A program made the translations under genes and the position numbers. DNA of 64,000 nt from a virus (taxonomy: Duplodnaviria > Heunggongvirae > Uroviricota > Caudoviricetes): IMG/VR virus record IMGVR_UViG_3300025913_000018. One strand, given 5' to 3'. The notes beneath the pieces were generated by a model that was given only the letters and a program-made list of their open reading frames with translations, did not search any database and was not told where the DNA came from. Shown here one piece after another: positions 8,969 to 17,945 of this stretch; within the stretch, counting starts at the first letter, position 1, and each line of letters opens with the position of its first letter.

Positions 8969-9162
8969 GACGCCTCCGAGATCTTCTTCCAGGTACCCTG
9001 GTAGACCTGGCCGGCCGCCGCTTTCGCGGTCATGTGGTGGACGAAGCGCTTCGCCTTCTTCGGGTCGAGGGTGTACCCGCCTTCGAGGCCTCGCCCGGCG
9101 ATCGCCTTCGAGAGGTTCACGAGGTAGGCCCCCTGGGACATCACGACGTAGTGAGCCTTCAT
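8965..9162 (-). CDS. small hypothetical protein
   Basis: MKAHYVVMSQGAYLVNL...; GGAGGAA SD; ATGA overlap at both ends. Confidence 0.45.
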   Translation of the reverse strand: MKAHYVVMSQGAYLVNLSKAIAGRGLEGGYTLDPKKAKRFVHHMTAKAAAGQVYQGTWKKISEAS

Positions 9163-9665
9163 TTCGGTTCCTCCGGATTGGCGAGGTCTTTCATCCATCG
9201 CTGAGCGTCCGCCTTCTGGACGAAGACCAGCCAGGGGCGATCGTCGCGGTGTAGGGAAGGGACGCTCAGCGTAGTGCCCGTATCGAGCGCCCACCAGGCG
9301 TCGTGCTTCGTAGCGAGTCGACGAAGAGTGGTCGTCGGTTCGACCAACGACTGTCGGATCCGAGAGACATCCTGGAGGCGGTGCTTCATCGGACCGAGCT
9401 GGTCCTTCACGAAGTCGGTCGCCTGGACGAGGTACCGCGGATCTCCGAGGAACCAGAGGGCCTTCGCCTCGGAGTGACCGTGTTCGAGCTTCAAGATCTG
9501 AAGGTCAACGAGATGCTCTCGCATCCGACGAGTCGCTTCCCCGAGGCGTCCGTACTCGAACTCCGCCGACCCCATGTAATCGAACGTGAAGTGTCGGTTG
9601 ATCCCCTTCATGTCCTCACGGACTCGATCTCGACGGTTCACGCGCTGGACGAGGTACGGGGTCAC
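9159..9665 (-). CDS. hypothetical protein
   Basis: 168-aa ORF. Confidence 0.5.
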   Translation of the reverse strand: MTPYLVQRVNRRDRVREDMKGINRHFTFDYMGSAEFEYGRLGEATRRMREHLVDLQILKLEHGHSEAKALWFLGDPRYLVQATDFVKDQLGPMKHRLQDVSRIRQSLVEPTTTLRRLATKHDAWWALDTGTTLSVPSLHRDDRPWLVFVQKADAQRWMKDLANPEEPK

Positions 9666-9856
9666 TTTCGGTCTCCCTTGAGGCAGAAGACCAGGCGAAG
9701 TCGACCGGTCACCGGGACTCCGTTCGTGGCGTCCCCCTGCCGGATCTTACGCGCGACCATGGCGATCGCCCGCCCTCGCTTCCGACCGTACGAAACCGTG
9801 TCGAAAGGAACGGGGTCCCCTTCGCTCTCGAATCGAATCCAGAAAGCACGTCTCAT
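9662..9856 (-). CDS. small hypothetical protein (64 aa)
   Basis: MRRAFWIRFESEGDPVPF...; ATG 6 nt downstream of promoter motif instance b. Confidence 0.45.
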   Translation of the reverse strand: MRRAFWIRFESEGDPVPFDTVSYGRKRGRAIAMVARKIRQGDATNGVPVTGRLRLVFCLKGDRK

Positions 9857-9862
9857 GCCAGA

Positions 9863-9892
9863 GTAACGAACGACCTCCGCCCCTTTACACTC
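9863..9892 (-). promoter_or_regulatory. conserved 30-bp promoter-like motif, instance b
   Basis: Plus strand gtaacgaacga-N11-ttacactc. Confidence 0.6.
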
Positions 9893-10391
9893 CCGGAGCG
9901 AAGCCCTGGCTCTCGACGAAGGACGCCAGGGTCTCGATGGCCGTTTCCAGCTCGATCTTCCGGATCGCCTCGTCCACGATCTTCCGGTGGTCGAAGCACC
10001 AGACGACGGAGTCCAGATCTCGAAGGGAGACCATCTTGAAGTCCTTCGCGTCGTCGCCCGCGACGGGGAGCTGGTTCGGATCTTTCGGAGACCCGAGGAA
10101 GGCGACCGAGACAACGTGCTGACGAGGATCTCGGGCCGGGTCCGAGTACACGCCGATGAGGCGCATCTTCTCGCCGTCGATGTCCAGGTTGGTCTCCTCC
10201 TTCGCCTCCCGAAGGGCAGCCGTCTCGACCGCCTCCCCGTAGTCCACGAAGCCCCCTGGAAGGGCGAGACCCAGGGGCGGGTTCCGACGCTCGATCACGA
10301 CGATCTTCGAGTCGAGGATCTCCGGAGCCCGGTAGAGGATCACGAGATCCACCGCGAGGGACGGGCACTTGTATTCGGCTTTGGAAGTCAT
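9885..10391 (-). CDS. NUDIX hydrolase
   Basis: Nudix box LPGGFVDYGEAVETAALREAKEETNL (GX5EX7REUXEEXGU). Start MTSKAEYK overlaps the upstream stop as ATGA. Confidence 0.8.
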   Translation of the reverse strand: MTSKAEYKCPSLAVDLVILYRAPEILDSKIVVIERRNPPLGLALPGGFVDYGEAVETAALREAKEETNLDIDGEKMRLIGVYSDPARDPRQHVVSVAFLGSPKDPNQLPVAGDDAKDFKMVSLRDLDSVVWCFDHRKIVDEAIRKIELETAIETLASFVESQGFAPGV

Positions 10392-10615
10392 GACGGCCAC
10401 TCGGCCCCTTCTTGGGTATCGGTCCAGTACAATCGAGTCGTGAAGGTGTCGTCGTCCCCGTCGAAACGAGGAGAGAACGCCGCGCACACCTTCACGCGAC
10501 GTCCGGTGTTCTTCTGGAAGTACTGACCGTACACCCCTGGCTCGTAGACCCACTCGCCTCCGTGGGTACGCCGAAGACGCTCGATCAGCCGATCTCGTTT
10601 TCGACGAGAGGTCAT
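10388..10615 (-). CDS. small hypothetical protein
   Basis: MTSRRKRDRLIERLRR...; ATGA overlap. Confidence 0.4.
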   Translation of the reverse strand: MTSRRKRDRLIERLRRTHGGEWVYEPGVYGQYFQKNTGRRVKVCAAFSPRFDGDDDTFTTRLYWTDTQEGAEWPS

Positions 10616-11097
10616 GTCCAGGTCGTGAGGTACGTAGAGCGACCGAGGCGGCCGATGTTCTTCATCCACTCGGCGACGCGCTGAAGAGCCACGATCTCCT
10701 CCCCGACAGGCAGGATGAACTTCCGACGGAGACCGTCCCACACGTACCAGGACGTCGGCTCTGTCCACCACCACCAGCTGTCCCAGAAACCCTCCTCAGA
10801 TCTCTCGGACACGAAGACCTTGAACGCGTTCACCTCATCGATCGGATTGGCGAACGCGATCGCCCCGAGCGAGACGAGATCGAGCTTCGGGTTGTAGTGA
10901 GATCCGGAGGGAAGACGAATCACCTCCTGGTCCCCGAACTTCTCGCGTTCCCACGCCCGAACGTCCACGAGTTCCTCGTTCTGGATCTTGAAGAACGAGT
11001 AGCCGACGAACTTCACGAAGGTGTCGATGTCCTCGTCGGTGAGGAAGCAACGCATGTCCTCCTTCTTGAAGTAGTAGTAACCGCCCTCAGCTCCCAT
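10612..11097 (-). CDS. hypothetical protein
   Basis: 161-aa ORF with GAGGAG SD. Confidence 0.5.
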   Translation of the reverse strand: MGAEGGYYYFKKEDMRCFLTDEDIDTFVKFVGYSFFKIQNEELVDVRAWEREKFGDQEVIRLPSGSHYNPKLDLVSLGAIAFANPIDEVNAFKVFVSERSEEGFWDSWWWWTEPTSWYVWDGLRRKFILPVGEEIVALQRVAEWMKNIGRLGRSTYLTTWT

Positions 11098-11422
11098 TTC
11101 TCAACTCCTCGAAGCGACGGATCAGCTCCATGACCCGGGAGTCCCCAAGGGAGCGAAAACACGTTCGCGAGGAAGCATAATGAGAGTCGGCGAACGATCG
11201 ACCCTCTTGATACTTCAGGACCCCATTCTCGTCATCGGAATCCTCGTATCCGTCGCACGCCCAGACCATGTCTCTGGAGTCCTGGAGGGAAAGATTCCTG
11301 CCGCACACTCGACACGGAGGTGGTTGCCGGACCTTGTACGTCTCCCGAACCACTTCGATCAGCTCATCGTGGGTGAGCTGATCGATCGGTCGCGTGAAGA
11401 GCATATCAGGAATCGTAGACAT
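11087..11422 (-). CDS. zinc-ribbon hypothetical protein
   Basis: CRVCGRNL...C motifs; 111 aa. Confidence 0.45.
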   Translation of the reverse strand: MSTIPDMLFTRPIDQLTHDELIEVVRETYKVRQPPPCRVCGRNLSLQDSRDMVWACDGYEDSDDENGVLKYQEGRSFADSHYASSRTCFRSLGDSRVMELIRRFEELRNGS

Positions 11423-11430
11423 GGGAAACC

Positions 11431-11964
11431 TCAGAACAGGGGAAGGTGGCCGAGTGAGATCACGTCTTCTCGTCGAGTTCCCTCGGTGAAGACTGCGAGA
11501 GTGGCGACGTGGGTCGCTCCGATCTTCGTCACCAACGCCTTCAACGCGTCGAGAGTTCCGCCCGACGACACGACATCGTCCACGAAGGCGACGCGCTTTC
11601 CTCGGAGGCGCTCCACGTCCTCTTCGGAGAGATAGAGTGTCTGGACCCGATCCGTAGTGATGCTCTTCACCTCGACCGAAACAGTCTCCCCCATGTATGG
11701 CTTCCGCTCCTTCCGAGCAACGAAGGTAGGGAGTCCGCTCTCACGTCCAAGAACGTGGAGAAGAGCTTGAGCCTTCCCGTCCGGCATGAGGAGCGCTTTC
11801 ACTCCAGACGGGAGCTTCGCTGCGAGAGCCTTACCGGCGGCCTCGGCTAGATTCCAGTCCCCGAGGATGTTGAACAGGGCCACTCGAACGCCTGGAGCTA
11901 CCTCGCGAATCGGCAGGAGCCGTATTGCGGGGCCGATCTCTATCTCGACGAATTCTTCGCCCAT
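11431..11964 (-). CDS. type I phosphoribosyltransferase (APRT/HGPRT-like)
   Basis: PRPP-binding motif VAFVDDVVSSGGTL; ~178 aa from MGEEFVEIEIG with GGGCGTAAGC SD. Confidence 0.7.
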   Translation of the reverse strand: MGEEFVEIEIGPAIRLLPIREVAPGVRVALFNILGDWNLAEAAGKALAAKLPSGVKALLMPDGKAQALLHVLGRESGLPTFVARKERKPYMGETVSVEVKSITTDRVQTLYLSEEDVERLRGKRVAFVDDVVSSGGTLDALKALVTKIGATHVATLAVFTEGTRREDVISLGHLPLF

Positions 11965-11972
11965 AGGTTTGC

Positions 11973-12248
11973 TTACGCCCTTCGATCCAAGTGCTCGCGC
12001 TTCGCCAATACGGCCTTCACGCGCGCTTCGTAGTCGAGGGCCTCCTTCCAACAGATCATGAAATCGGCCCGATCTTTCTCCGACATTCCAACGCACTGGG
12101 AGAAGTGTTCCCCGCAAGAGTCGCAGACGTTCCCGTTCGAAGCCCGCCGAGCAATCTTCAGAACTTGGAGGAGACGTTGAGTCGAGAGCTTCGCCAACTT
12201 CTCGTCGGGAAGGGGGTGGGGGGCCTTGAACCAACTCGCCCAAGTCAT
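11973..12248 (-). CDS. small hypothetical protein with CDSCGEH motif
   Basis: MTWASWFKAPHPLP...; ATGA coupling. Confidence 0.4.
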   Translation of the reverse strand: MTWASWFKAPHPLPDEKLAKLSTQRLLQVLKIARRASNGNVCDSCGEHFSQCVGMSEKDRADFMICWKEALDYEARVKAVLAKREHLDRRA

Positions 12249-12880
12249 GGCTCGTACCTCGATCGATCGAAACCTTCGGGAGGAGACCAACCCTCGGCGA
12301 GGGCCTCCTTCATCCACTCTCGGAGCGGAGGCTTTCGCCCGAGGAAGGTGTAGAGCCGGCACAGGTCGTCGTAGTCGTCCCGAAGGGCGAGAAGCAGTCC
12401 TTCGAGATCTTCGAGCTTCTTCGCCTCGTCGCCGTTCGTGGCGTACCAAACCGAACCTTCAGCGTCGACCGCCCACCACTCCGTGGGGTCCTCTCTCCCG
12501 GAGAAGATACCTCCCCCACCTCGAAGAGGCAGAGGCGGGAAACCCAGGAACTCCACCATCCATGGGAAGTTGTCTCGGTCCCTGACCTCGACCATGCAGC
12601 GGCCTTCGACGATCATCGGGTTCTGAGTCGCCACCCCCCAGAACACCGGCTGGTACCCTTCCGGAAACTTGCCGGCCTTCCTCGCCTCGAAGAGAACGTG
12701 ATCGAGGCGAGCCTTCTCCCGAGCGCGCTCGGCGTCGATCATGCGCATTCGGATCTCGTGAGCCTCGATGTTCTTCCGCTCGACCTCGATACGGGCCTCG
12801 AAGCCTGCGCGCTCCTTCTCCGTGAACGTGGCGAGACGTTCCTCGGGAGAAGCCTTCTTGTAGCGGTTGAACGCGGTCAT
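12245..12880 (-). CDS. hypothetical protein, paralogue family A member 1
   Basis: 211 aa, similar to 13682..14368: KAGKFPEGYQPVFW vs AEGKFPADERFIPTF; C-terminus LGRKPPLREWMKEALAEGWSPPEGF vs LGRKPPLPEWIRTALQKGWTPPSDF. Confidence 0.55.
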   Translation of the reverse strand: MTAFNRYKKASPEERLATFTEKERAGFEARIEVERKNIEAHEIRMRMIDAERAREKARLDHVLFEARKAGKFPEGYQPVFWGVATQNPMIVEGRCMVEVRDRDNFPWMVEFLGFPPLPLRGGGGIFSGREDPTEWWAVDAEGSVWYATNGDEAKKLEDLEGLLLALRDDYDDLCRLYTFLGRKPPLREWMKEALAEGWSPPEGFDRSRYEP

Positions 12881-13158
12881 AGGTTGTCTTGGTAGTAGGC
12901 TTCCGCCCTACTGCATTCGAGCCACTTCACGATGGATTGGCAGAAGTGGTAACCGCAGGAGAAGGCTAGGAAAGCGATCAGCCCTCGTTCCGGAACGCAG
13001 AACGCTGTCGCCACCCCGCTCACGAGAAACGTCGCGAAGGCGATGTACGTTTGTCGTCGGAAGCGGCGAACGTCGGAGAGGGAGTACGTCCGGGTGTACA
13101 TCCGCGGGGGAGCCGCGATCATCTGGGACTGAGAGTGAGGAGGACGACTCATGCTCAT
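12877..13158 (-). CDS. small membrane protein (2 predicted TM helices)
   Basis: Hydrophobic stretches IAFATFLVSGVATAFCV and LIAFLAFSCGY. Confidence 0.45.
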   Translation of the reverse strand: MSMSRPPHSQSQMIAAPPRMYTRTYSLSDVRRFRRQTYIAFATFLVSGVATAFCVPERGLIAFLAFSCGYHFCQSIVKWLECSRAEAYYQDNL

Positions 13159-13685
13159 GTTGAGGGACTTTCGTACTTGGCCTTCAGCCGTTCGTACTCC
13201 CTACGCTCTTTCGACTCGTCTTCCTGAGCCAAGCGCTCGATGTAAGAGTTCGTCTCACTGAGAAACAGTGAGATTCCTTCTTGCACTTTCTCCATGCGAG
13301 TCTCGTACTCCGCCAGGCGTTTCTCGTAGTCCTCGGTATGGACCTTCCGAACGGTCTCGATCTTCAGGCACGCGTCGTCGTGGTAGGGGACCGCAGTCAC
13401 CCGAGTCGACTCGAAGATCTTCTTCAGATCGAGGATGTCCTCAGCCCGGTGAGGGGTACGTTCCAGGACGAAGGCGATGATGTCGGAGAGAAGATTGCCG
13501 TGGTCGTACTCGTCCAGAAGGTTGACCTCTTCGTAGGTCTCTTCGGGCGGGGACGTGGACATCCCCGGAAGGACCGGGGCGCCGAATCGCCGAAGCTTCG
13601 GGATGGAGAGCCACACCCTCCGGGCCTCCTCCCAAGAGGCGCGGGTCTCCACCCCCAAGGCCAAGATCTCTTCCTTCGTCCTCAT
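13155..13685 (-). CDS. hypothetical protein
   Basis: Trimmed to MRTKEEILALGVE (ATG 13683-13685), overlapping the stop of 13682..14368 as ATGA. Confidence 0.45.
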   Translation of the reverse strand: MRTKEEILALGVETRASWEEARRVWLSIPKLRRFGAPVLPGMSTSPPEETYEEVNLLDEYDHGNLLSDIIAFVLERTPHRAEDILDLKKIFESTRVTAVPYHDDACLKIETVRKVHTEDYEKRLAEYETRMEKVQEGISLFLSETNSYIERLAQEDESKERREYERLKAKYESPST

Positions 13686-14368
13686 ACGGTCTCCTCGAAG
13701 TCTTCGCGCCGGAAGTCGGAAGGCGGGGTCCACCCCTTCTGAAGGGCTGTTCGAATCCACTCGGGAAGCGGCGGCTTCCTCCCGAGAAGTTCGTGGATGG
13801 TCTGGAGATCCGAGAGATCTTCCTTCGCCTCCGCGAGTAGCTGGTCGCTCGTGACTCGGCCGAGGCTACCACCATGGGCCGAGTCCATCCAGCAGACTCC
13901 GGCCGAATCGATCGCCCAACACGTCGGGATATCCCAACCGGTGTGCCAGACGGAACCCGTTCCGCGAAGCGGGAGCACCGGAAGGCCTTCCCACTCTTCT
14001 TCGATGTAGAACTCGGTGAGACGTTCTCGACTTCCCTTCGGACTCTCGATCCGAACGAGATGGTCGACCATGTAGGGGTCTCTCCCGTCCTTGTAGCGGA
14101 AGGTCGGGATGAAGCGCTCGTCCGCGGGAAACTTCCCCTCAGCGCGGGCCTTCGCGGTGATCTCGCTTTCTACCCGCGCGAGCCTCTCGTTCTCCCGAGC
14201 GAGGTTCTCATCGCTGAGGCGAGCGCGCCGCAAGCTGTCGTCGGCGCGACGCGTGGCGATGTCCTGGATCTCGGTCCTCAGCTCCGGGGAAGCCTTCTGA
14301 CGCTCCTCGTAGGAGAGGGAGATGAACGCGTCGAGCTTCTCGATTTCTTCTTCGGTGGGGGCGCTCAT
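13682..14368 (-). CDS. hypothetical protein, paralogue family A member 2
   Basis: 228 aa; see 12245..12880. Confidence 0.55.
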   Translation of the reverse strand: MSAPTEEEIEKLDAFISLSYEERQKASPELRTEIQDIATRRADDSLRRARLSDENLARENERLARVESEITAKARAEGKFPADERFIPTFRYKDGRDPYMVDHLVRIESPKGSRERLTEFYIEEEWEGLPVLPLRGTGSVWHTGWDIPTCWAIDSAGVCWMDSAHGGSLGRVTSDQLLAEAKEDLSDLQTIHELLGRKPPLPEWIRTALQKGWTPPSDFRREDFEETV

Positions 14369-14370
14369 GA

Positions 14371-14577
14371 TCAGATGCTCTGGATGAAGTCGAGGATGGA
14401 GTTCCTCTCGTCTTGGGTCGGGCTTGGACTGTTACTCGCTCGGCGCGCGTAGAACGTCGCCCAAGCGCCCGGCATGTCCCCCGAGCAAGCGAGACGAACG
14501 AAGAGACGTCGATCCTCACCGTTCGGGAGGAAGACTCGAAGGAGCTGATGCCCGGGGTGAAGCTTCAGATCGTTCAC
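14371..14577 (-). CDS. small hypothetical protein
   Basis: 68-aa ORF. Confidence 0.35.
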   Translation of the reverse strand: MNDLKLHPGHQLLRVFLPNGEDRRLFVRLACSGDMPGAWATFYARRASNSPSPTQDERNSILDFIQSI

Positions 14578-14855
14578 GAGACCACTTCCACTTCGTAGCT
14601 CGCGAGATCGAACTGCTTTCCGTCCGGGGCCCGGACGGAGTAGATCACGAGGGCTTCCTCGGGAAGGCCCGTCCCGGGCTTCACATCGTGATCCACATCG
14701 TCGTCGTTCTCCACGGTGTTCGAGACGACGACACCGGTGAACCCGAGGTCTTCCTTCTGAGGATGGGGATCGCGACCCAAGAGGCCGTACTGGTCGATCT
14801 CGACGAGACGAACACGAGCGCCGAAGGGGAGGATCACGGTGGGGTCGTAGGACAT
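14574..14855 (-). CDS. hypothetical acidic protein
   Basis: MSYDPTVILPFGARV...; ATG 14853-14855 one nt from the upstream stop. Confidence 0.45.
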   Translation of the reverse strand: MSYDPTVILPFGARVRLVEIDQYGLLGRDPHPQKEDLGFTGVVVSNTVENDDDVDHDVKPGTGLPEEALVIYSVRAPDGKQFDLASYEVEVVS

Positions 14856-14856
14856 G

Positions 14857-15357
14857 TCACGGCTCCATGGGGCAGGGGAGTTTCTCTTCGCTTCGCGCCG
14901 TCCCCCACGCGTACCAGGGCGCGCGAGGATCTCCGCAGGTCGTCTCGGTCTCGCGGATCGCGAGCATCGCCTCTCGATGGGAGGCGTAGGGACCACGAAC
15001 GATCCGGGTCTTCCCCTTCTCGTTCCGAACGCTGACGTAGTAGTTCCCCGGACGCGGGTCGACGGGACCGAAGCGGATCGTCGGGTCGTAGGGAGCGGGA
15101 TTCTCGCGAACCCACCGCTCGATCTTCCGGTAGCGCCAGCGGCACTCCCCGCCCCGATACTCGCGTTCGAGGGCGCGGCCCCCGTCCCAGATCTGGACGA
15201 TGAACGCTTCGATCGTCTCGGGGGCGAGGGGCGCGAGAAGGCCAGCGTGGGAGAGGGCCTCGATCACGTCGCTCTCGAAGAGGCGCTCGTTCTCGATCGT
15301 CGCGCGGAACGCGAGACCGTAGATGATCCCGTTGAGGGCCGAGTCGACGTGGTTCAT
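14857..15357 (-). CDS. hypothetical protein
   Basis: 166-aa ORF. Confidence 0.5.
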   Translation of the reverse strand: MNHVDSALNGIIYGLAFRATIENERLFESDVIEALSHAGLLAPLAPETIEAFIVQIWDGGRALEREYRGGECRWRYRKIERWVRENPAPYDPTIRFGPVDPRPGNYYVSVRNEKGKTRIVRGPYASHREAMLAIRETETTCGDPRAPWYAWGTARSEEKLPCPMEP

Positions 15358-15602
15358 GAGCCCCCTCCTTCGAATTGGACCTCAACTAGACCGTCTTCGA
15401 AGTCCTCGTTGGTCAGGTCGAACCACTTGTTCCGCGAGTCGCACTCCTCGCAACAGTACTGAGCGGCCGTGAGGGTCTCCCAGGGCTTGTTCGTCCAGCA
15501 GATCACCCCTCCGAGCCCTCCGTCCCACTTGGTGGCGTTCGGCTTCCCGCAGAACTTGCAGATCCTCTGAGCGGGATCTCGAACCGGCTTGAAGTTGTTC
15601 AT
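15354..15602 (-). CDS. zinc-ribbon protein (CKFCG...CCEEC)
   Basis: 82 aa with ATGA overlap at both ends. Confidence 0.5.
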   Translation of the reverse strand: MNNFKPVRDPAQRICKFCGKPNATKWDGGLGGVICWTNKPWETLTAAQYCCEECDSRNKWFDLTNEDFEDGLVEVQFEGGGS

Positions 15603-15775
15603 GACTTCTTCTCCCGATATTGACGGATGTGACCGAGAATCTCCTTCCGACGGCGAAGACGCCAGTGCCAGTCGGTCTTCACTTCGGCCCGACTCTTGAA
15701 GAGTCGGAAGGCCAAGATCTTGTGAATCTCGGCCTCTCGTTCGGGCGTGATCACGACCCCCACGGGCGCTTCCAT
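15599..15775 (-). CDS. small hypothetical protein
   Basis: MEAPVGVVITPEREAEIHKILAF... Confidence 0.35.
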   Translation of the reverse strand: MEAPVGVVITPEREAEIHKILAFRLFKSRAEVKTDWHWRLRRRKEILGHIRQYREKKS

Positions 15776-16056
15776 CCCGAGTACTGGATCGCCGAAGCGT
15801 CGCGCCAGAGGTCGACGGCGAACTTCCCGACGTTCGCCCACTCTTGATCCGAACCGTTCTCCTCGTCCACGACGTTCTGAGCCGCGACCGCTGCGAGGAG
15901 GTTCGAGCAAACGAGACCCCAACGGATCTCGTTCGAGACGTGCTTCCAACCCTCCCCGAGGGTGTTCTTCGCGTTCTCGACCGCCGACCAGGCGATCTTC
16001 TGCGAACGGGTCGCCTCGGACTTCGTCTTCGGGCGATTCGTCGTTTCCGTGTTCAT
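15751..16056 (-). CDS. hypothetical protein
   Basis: MNTETTNRPKTKSEATRSQKIAW...; lies ~100 nt downstream of motif instance c. A 28-aa hydrophobic micro-ORF may occupy the leader. Confidence 0.45.
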   Translation of the reverse strand: MNTETTNRPKTKSEATRSQKIAWSAVENAKNTLGEGWKHVSNEIRWGLVCSNLLAAVAAQNVVDEENGSDQEWANVGKFAVDLWRDASAIQYSGWKRPWGS

Positions 16057-16155
16057 GACATCACCGCGAGGAGAGCGATCGCCGCGGACCAACCCGCGAG
16101 CCAAAGGAAGACACCGTTTCGTTCGAGAAAGTCCACTTCGTTACCCTCCGCCTCT

Positions 16156-16185
16156 GTAACGAAGGGGAACCAATTCCTTACACTC
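16156..16185 (-). promoter_or_regulatory. conserved 30-bp promoter-like motif, instance c (variant CCCTTCGTTAC)
   Basis: Plus strand gtaacgaaggg-N11-ttacactc. Confidence 0.5.
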
Positions 16186-16203
16186 TCCCGATCAAGAAAC
16201 TGG

Positions 16204-16557
16204 TTACTGTTGATTCTCTTGAGTTTTCGGCGGAAGCCCCAGGCGTCGCCTGTCTTCCCCCGTCGGAATTCCGAAGGAGAAGGCCGCGCTCTGGGCCTCG
16301 GACCAGTTCCCGATCTTGCTCTCGTAGTCCTTCCCGACGCCCATCATCCGGGCCACCCCGGAGACCCTCCCCGCCCCGATGAACAGGTGGATCGAGTAGT
16401 AGGTCAGGAACTCCGCTCGGACCAGGTAGAGCGTGAACCGGGGCTGCTTCTTGAAGAAGCTCTTTTCCCGGGACTCGAACCGCTCGACTTTCCAGCCGCG
16501 ATCCTCCGCGTACTTGATCAATGCGAGGGATTTCACCTGCGTAATCGTGGGCTTCAC
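16204..16557 (-). CDS. hypothetical protein (GTG start, GTGA-coupled)
   Basis: VKPTITQVKSLALIKYAEDRGWKVERF... Confidence 0.4.
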   Translation of the reverse strand: MKPTITQVKSLALIKYAEDRGWKVERFESREKSFFKKQPRFTLYLVRAEFLTYYSIHLFIGAGRVSGVARMMGVGKDYESKIGNWSEAQSAAFSFGIPTGEDRRRLGLPPKTQENQQ

Positions 16558-16766
16558 GGCTCGACCTCGTGGAAGAGGATCTCGAAGTTCCCACGGATCA
16601 TGTCCCGTGTCTCTTCCGTGTCGGCCCATACCATCTCGTTCCGATGGAACAAGGAAGGCCGATACTCGACTCGACGCATGGAGACGAGGCCTCCCGTGAA
16701 GGAGGTAACGCGCCACCGAACCCGAGAGGAGTCGGTAACCATCATCCCTACCGAGAGTTTCATCAT
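16554..16766 (-). CDS. small hypothetical protein
   Basis: MMKLSVGMMVTDSS...; ATGA overlap. Confidence 0.4.
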   Translation of the reverse strand: MMKLSVGMMVTDSSRVRWRVTSFTGGLVSMRRVEYRPSLFHRNEMVWADTEETRDMIRGNFEILFHEVEP

Positions 16767-16999
16767 GAGGCCCACTCCGGGACGAAGACCATCGCATCCG
16801 GACCCTTCGCGAGGGTTCCGGTCCCCGGAAGGATCCGGCGAATCTGGAGGCGGTACTGGGCGGTCCCTTCCCGCTCTTCCGCTCGAACGCGAGCGATGAG
16901 CTCATCGAGCGAAAGCCCGAGCGCGTTCGCGATCGTACGGATCGGGACGGGGTTTCCCTCGTAGAAGCAGCCCACGGTCTCGCTAATCTCGGTCGCCAT
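16763..16999 (-). CDS. small helix-turn-helix DNA-binding protein
   Basis: IRTIANALGLSLDELIARV looks like an HTH. Preceded by promoter-motif variant d and a short inverted repeat. Confidence 0.5.
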   Translation of the reverse strand: MATEISETVGCFYEGNPVPIRTIANALGLSLDELIARVRAEEREGTAQYRLQIRRILPGTGTLAKGPDAMVFVPEWAS

Positions 17000-17016
17000 A
17001 GTCGGTTCCTGGACCT

Positions 17017-17046
17017 CTAACGGTCGAGGACCGACTCTTTACACTC
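17017..17046 (-). promoter_or_regulatory. conserved promoter-like motif, instance d (variant TCGACCGTTAG)
   Basis: Plus strand ctaacggtcgaggaccgactctttacactc. Confidence 0.45.
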
Positions 17047-17263
17047 GCGGAACCGGGGAAGCGAGCGGAGGCGCGACGGCTTCCGGGGGGATCGTAGGCG
17101 TGTCGGAGCAGATCTCGACGGGGAGATACTCCCCCGGTCCTTCGCACGGGGAGTCGGGGAGGAATCCGGACTCCGTCATCCACCCGAGAACCACCGGATC
17201 TCGATAGAAGTTCGGGACGAAAGCCATGCGACGGGCGGTGCTCTTCTTCACTGTATCACTCAC
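17039..17263 (-). CDS. hypothetical protein
   Basis: 74-aa ORF (GTG start). Confidence 0.35.
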   Translation of the reverse strand: MSDTVKKSTARRMAFVPNFYRDPVVLGWMTESGFLPDSPCEGPGEYLPVEICSDTPTIPPEAVAPPLASPVPRV

Positions 17264-17634
17264 TTCGTGATGTATTTCAGAGACTTCAGCTCAGAGAGGC
17301 GCTTTTCCAGGACGTCCAGATCGAACCGAAGGAGGGAGGAAAGATCGAGGGCAGAAACGGTGTCCCCACGAGCGAGGATCTCTTCCGCCTCCTCTACGTT
17401 CCGATAGAGATTTTCCGCGACGACGCGAATCGCGGTCACGATCTCGACGCCGTTCTCGGAGGAAGATGGGTCCTCGGTCCCGACGACCTCGTGGATGATC
17501 TGGAGCAATACCTTGTGCTCCCAGGACCCCTCGGCTGGGACGTCCTCGTCCTCCACCACTCCGCCCGCGTCCTTGAATCCCTGGTTGTACGCGCGGTTGG
17601 CGATCTTCATCGCTTCTTCGAGGGAAATCTTCAT
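17260..17634 (-). CDS. hypothetical acidic helical protein
   Basis: MKISLEEAMKIANRAYNQGF... Confidence 0.45.
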   Translation of the reverse strand: MKISLEEAMKIANRAYNQGFKDAGGVVEDEDVPAEGSWEHKVLLQIIHEVVGTEDPSSSENGVEIVTAIRVVAENLYRNVEEAEEILARGDTVSALDLSSLLRFDLDVLEKRLSELKSLKYITK

Positions 17635-17639
17635 CTGAT

Positions 17640-17945
17640 TCACCACTTGCAAGGGAGAAGCGCCGAGACGTCGAGGGTTCGCTCGACCTTCGGGAGTCCG
17701 CCGTTCTCGACGACGACACTGTCTCCGGTCCGAGAGACCACGTAGACGCGATCGTAACGGCCGATCTCGATCGCCTTCGAACCCGCGACAAGAGCGTCTC
17801 TCGAAGGGTTCCGGCACGGGCAGATGGGCTGGCAGGAAGAGCAGATCTTCCGGCGACATCCGTTCTTACAGTTACGGCGCGGGTCCCGAGTGCTGGGGGT
17901 ACGACACACCTCGCAACTCGTCCGCTGGTTGCTTCCGAGACGCAT
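17640..17945 (-). CDS. Cys-rich zinc-binding protein
   Basis: CEVCRT...CKNGC..KICSSCQPICPC. Confidence 0.45.
   Translation of the reverse strand: MRLGSNQRTSCEVCRTPSTRDPRRNCKNGCRRKICSSCQPICPCRNPSRDALVAGSKAIEIGRYDRVYVVSRTGDSVVVENGGLPKVERTLDVSALLPCKW

Noticed and set aside
7592-9004. 470-aa plus-strand ORF mirroring the minus-strand gene 7556..8968. Similar long antisense ORFs occur at 15844..16899, 18697..19881, 24477..26030 and 60940..63405.
   Set aside because: High-GC sequence keeps antisense frames open. Their translations are Arg/Pro/Gly-rich low-complexity, have no SD or coupling, and would overlap well-supported minus-strand genes with domain signatures.
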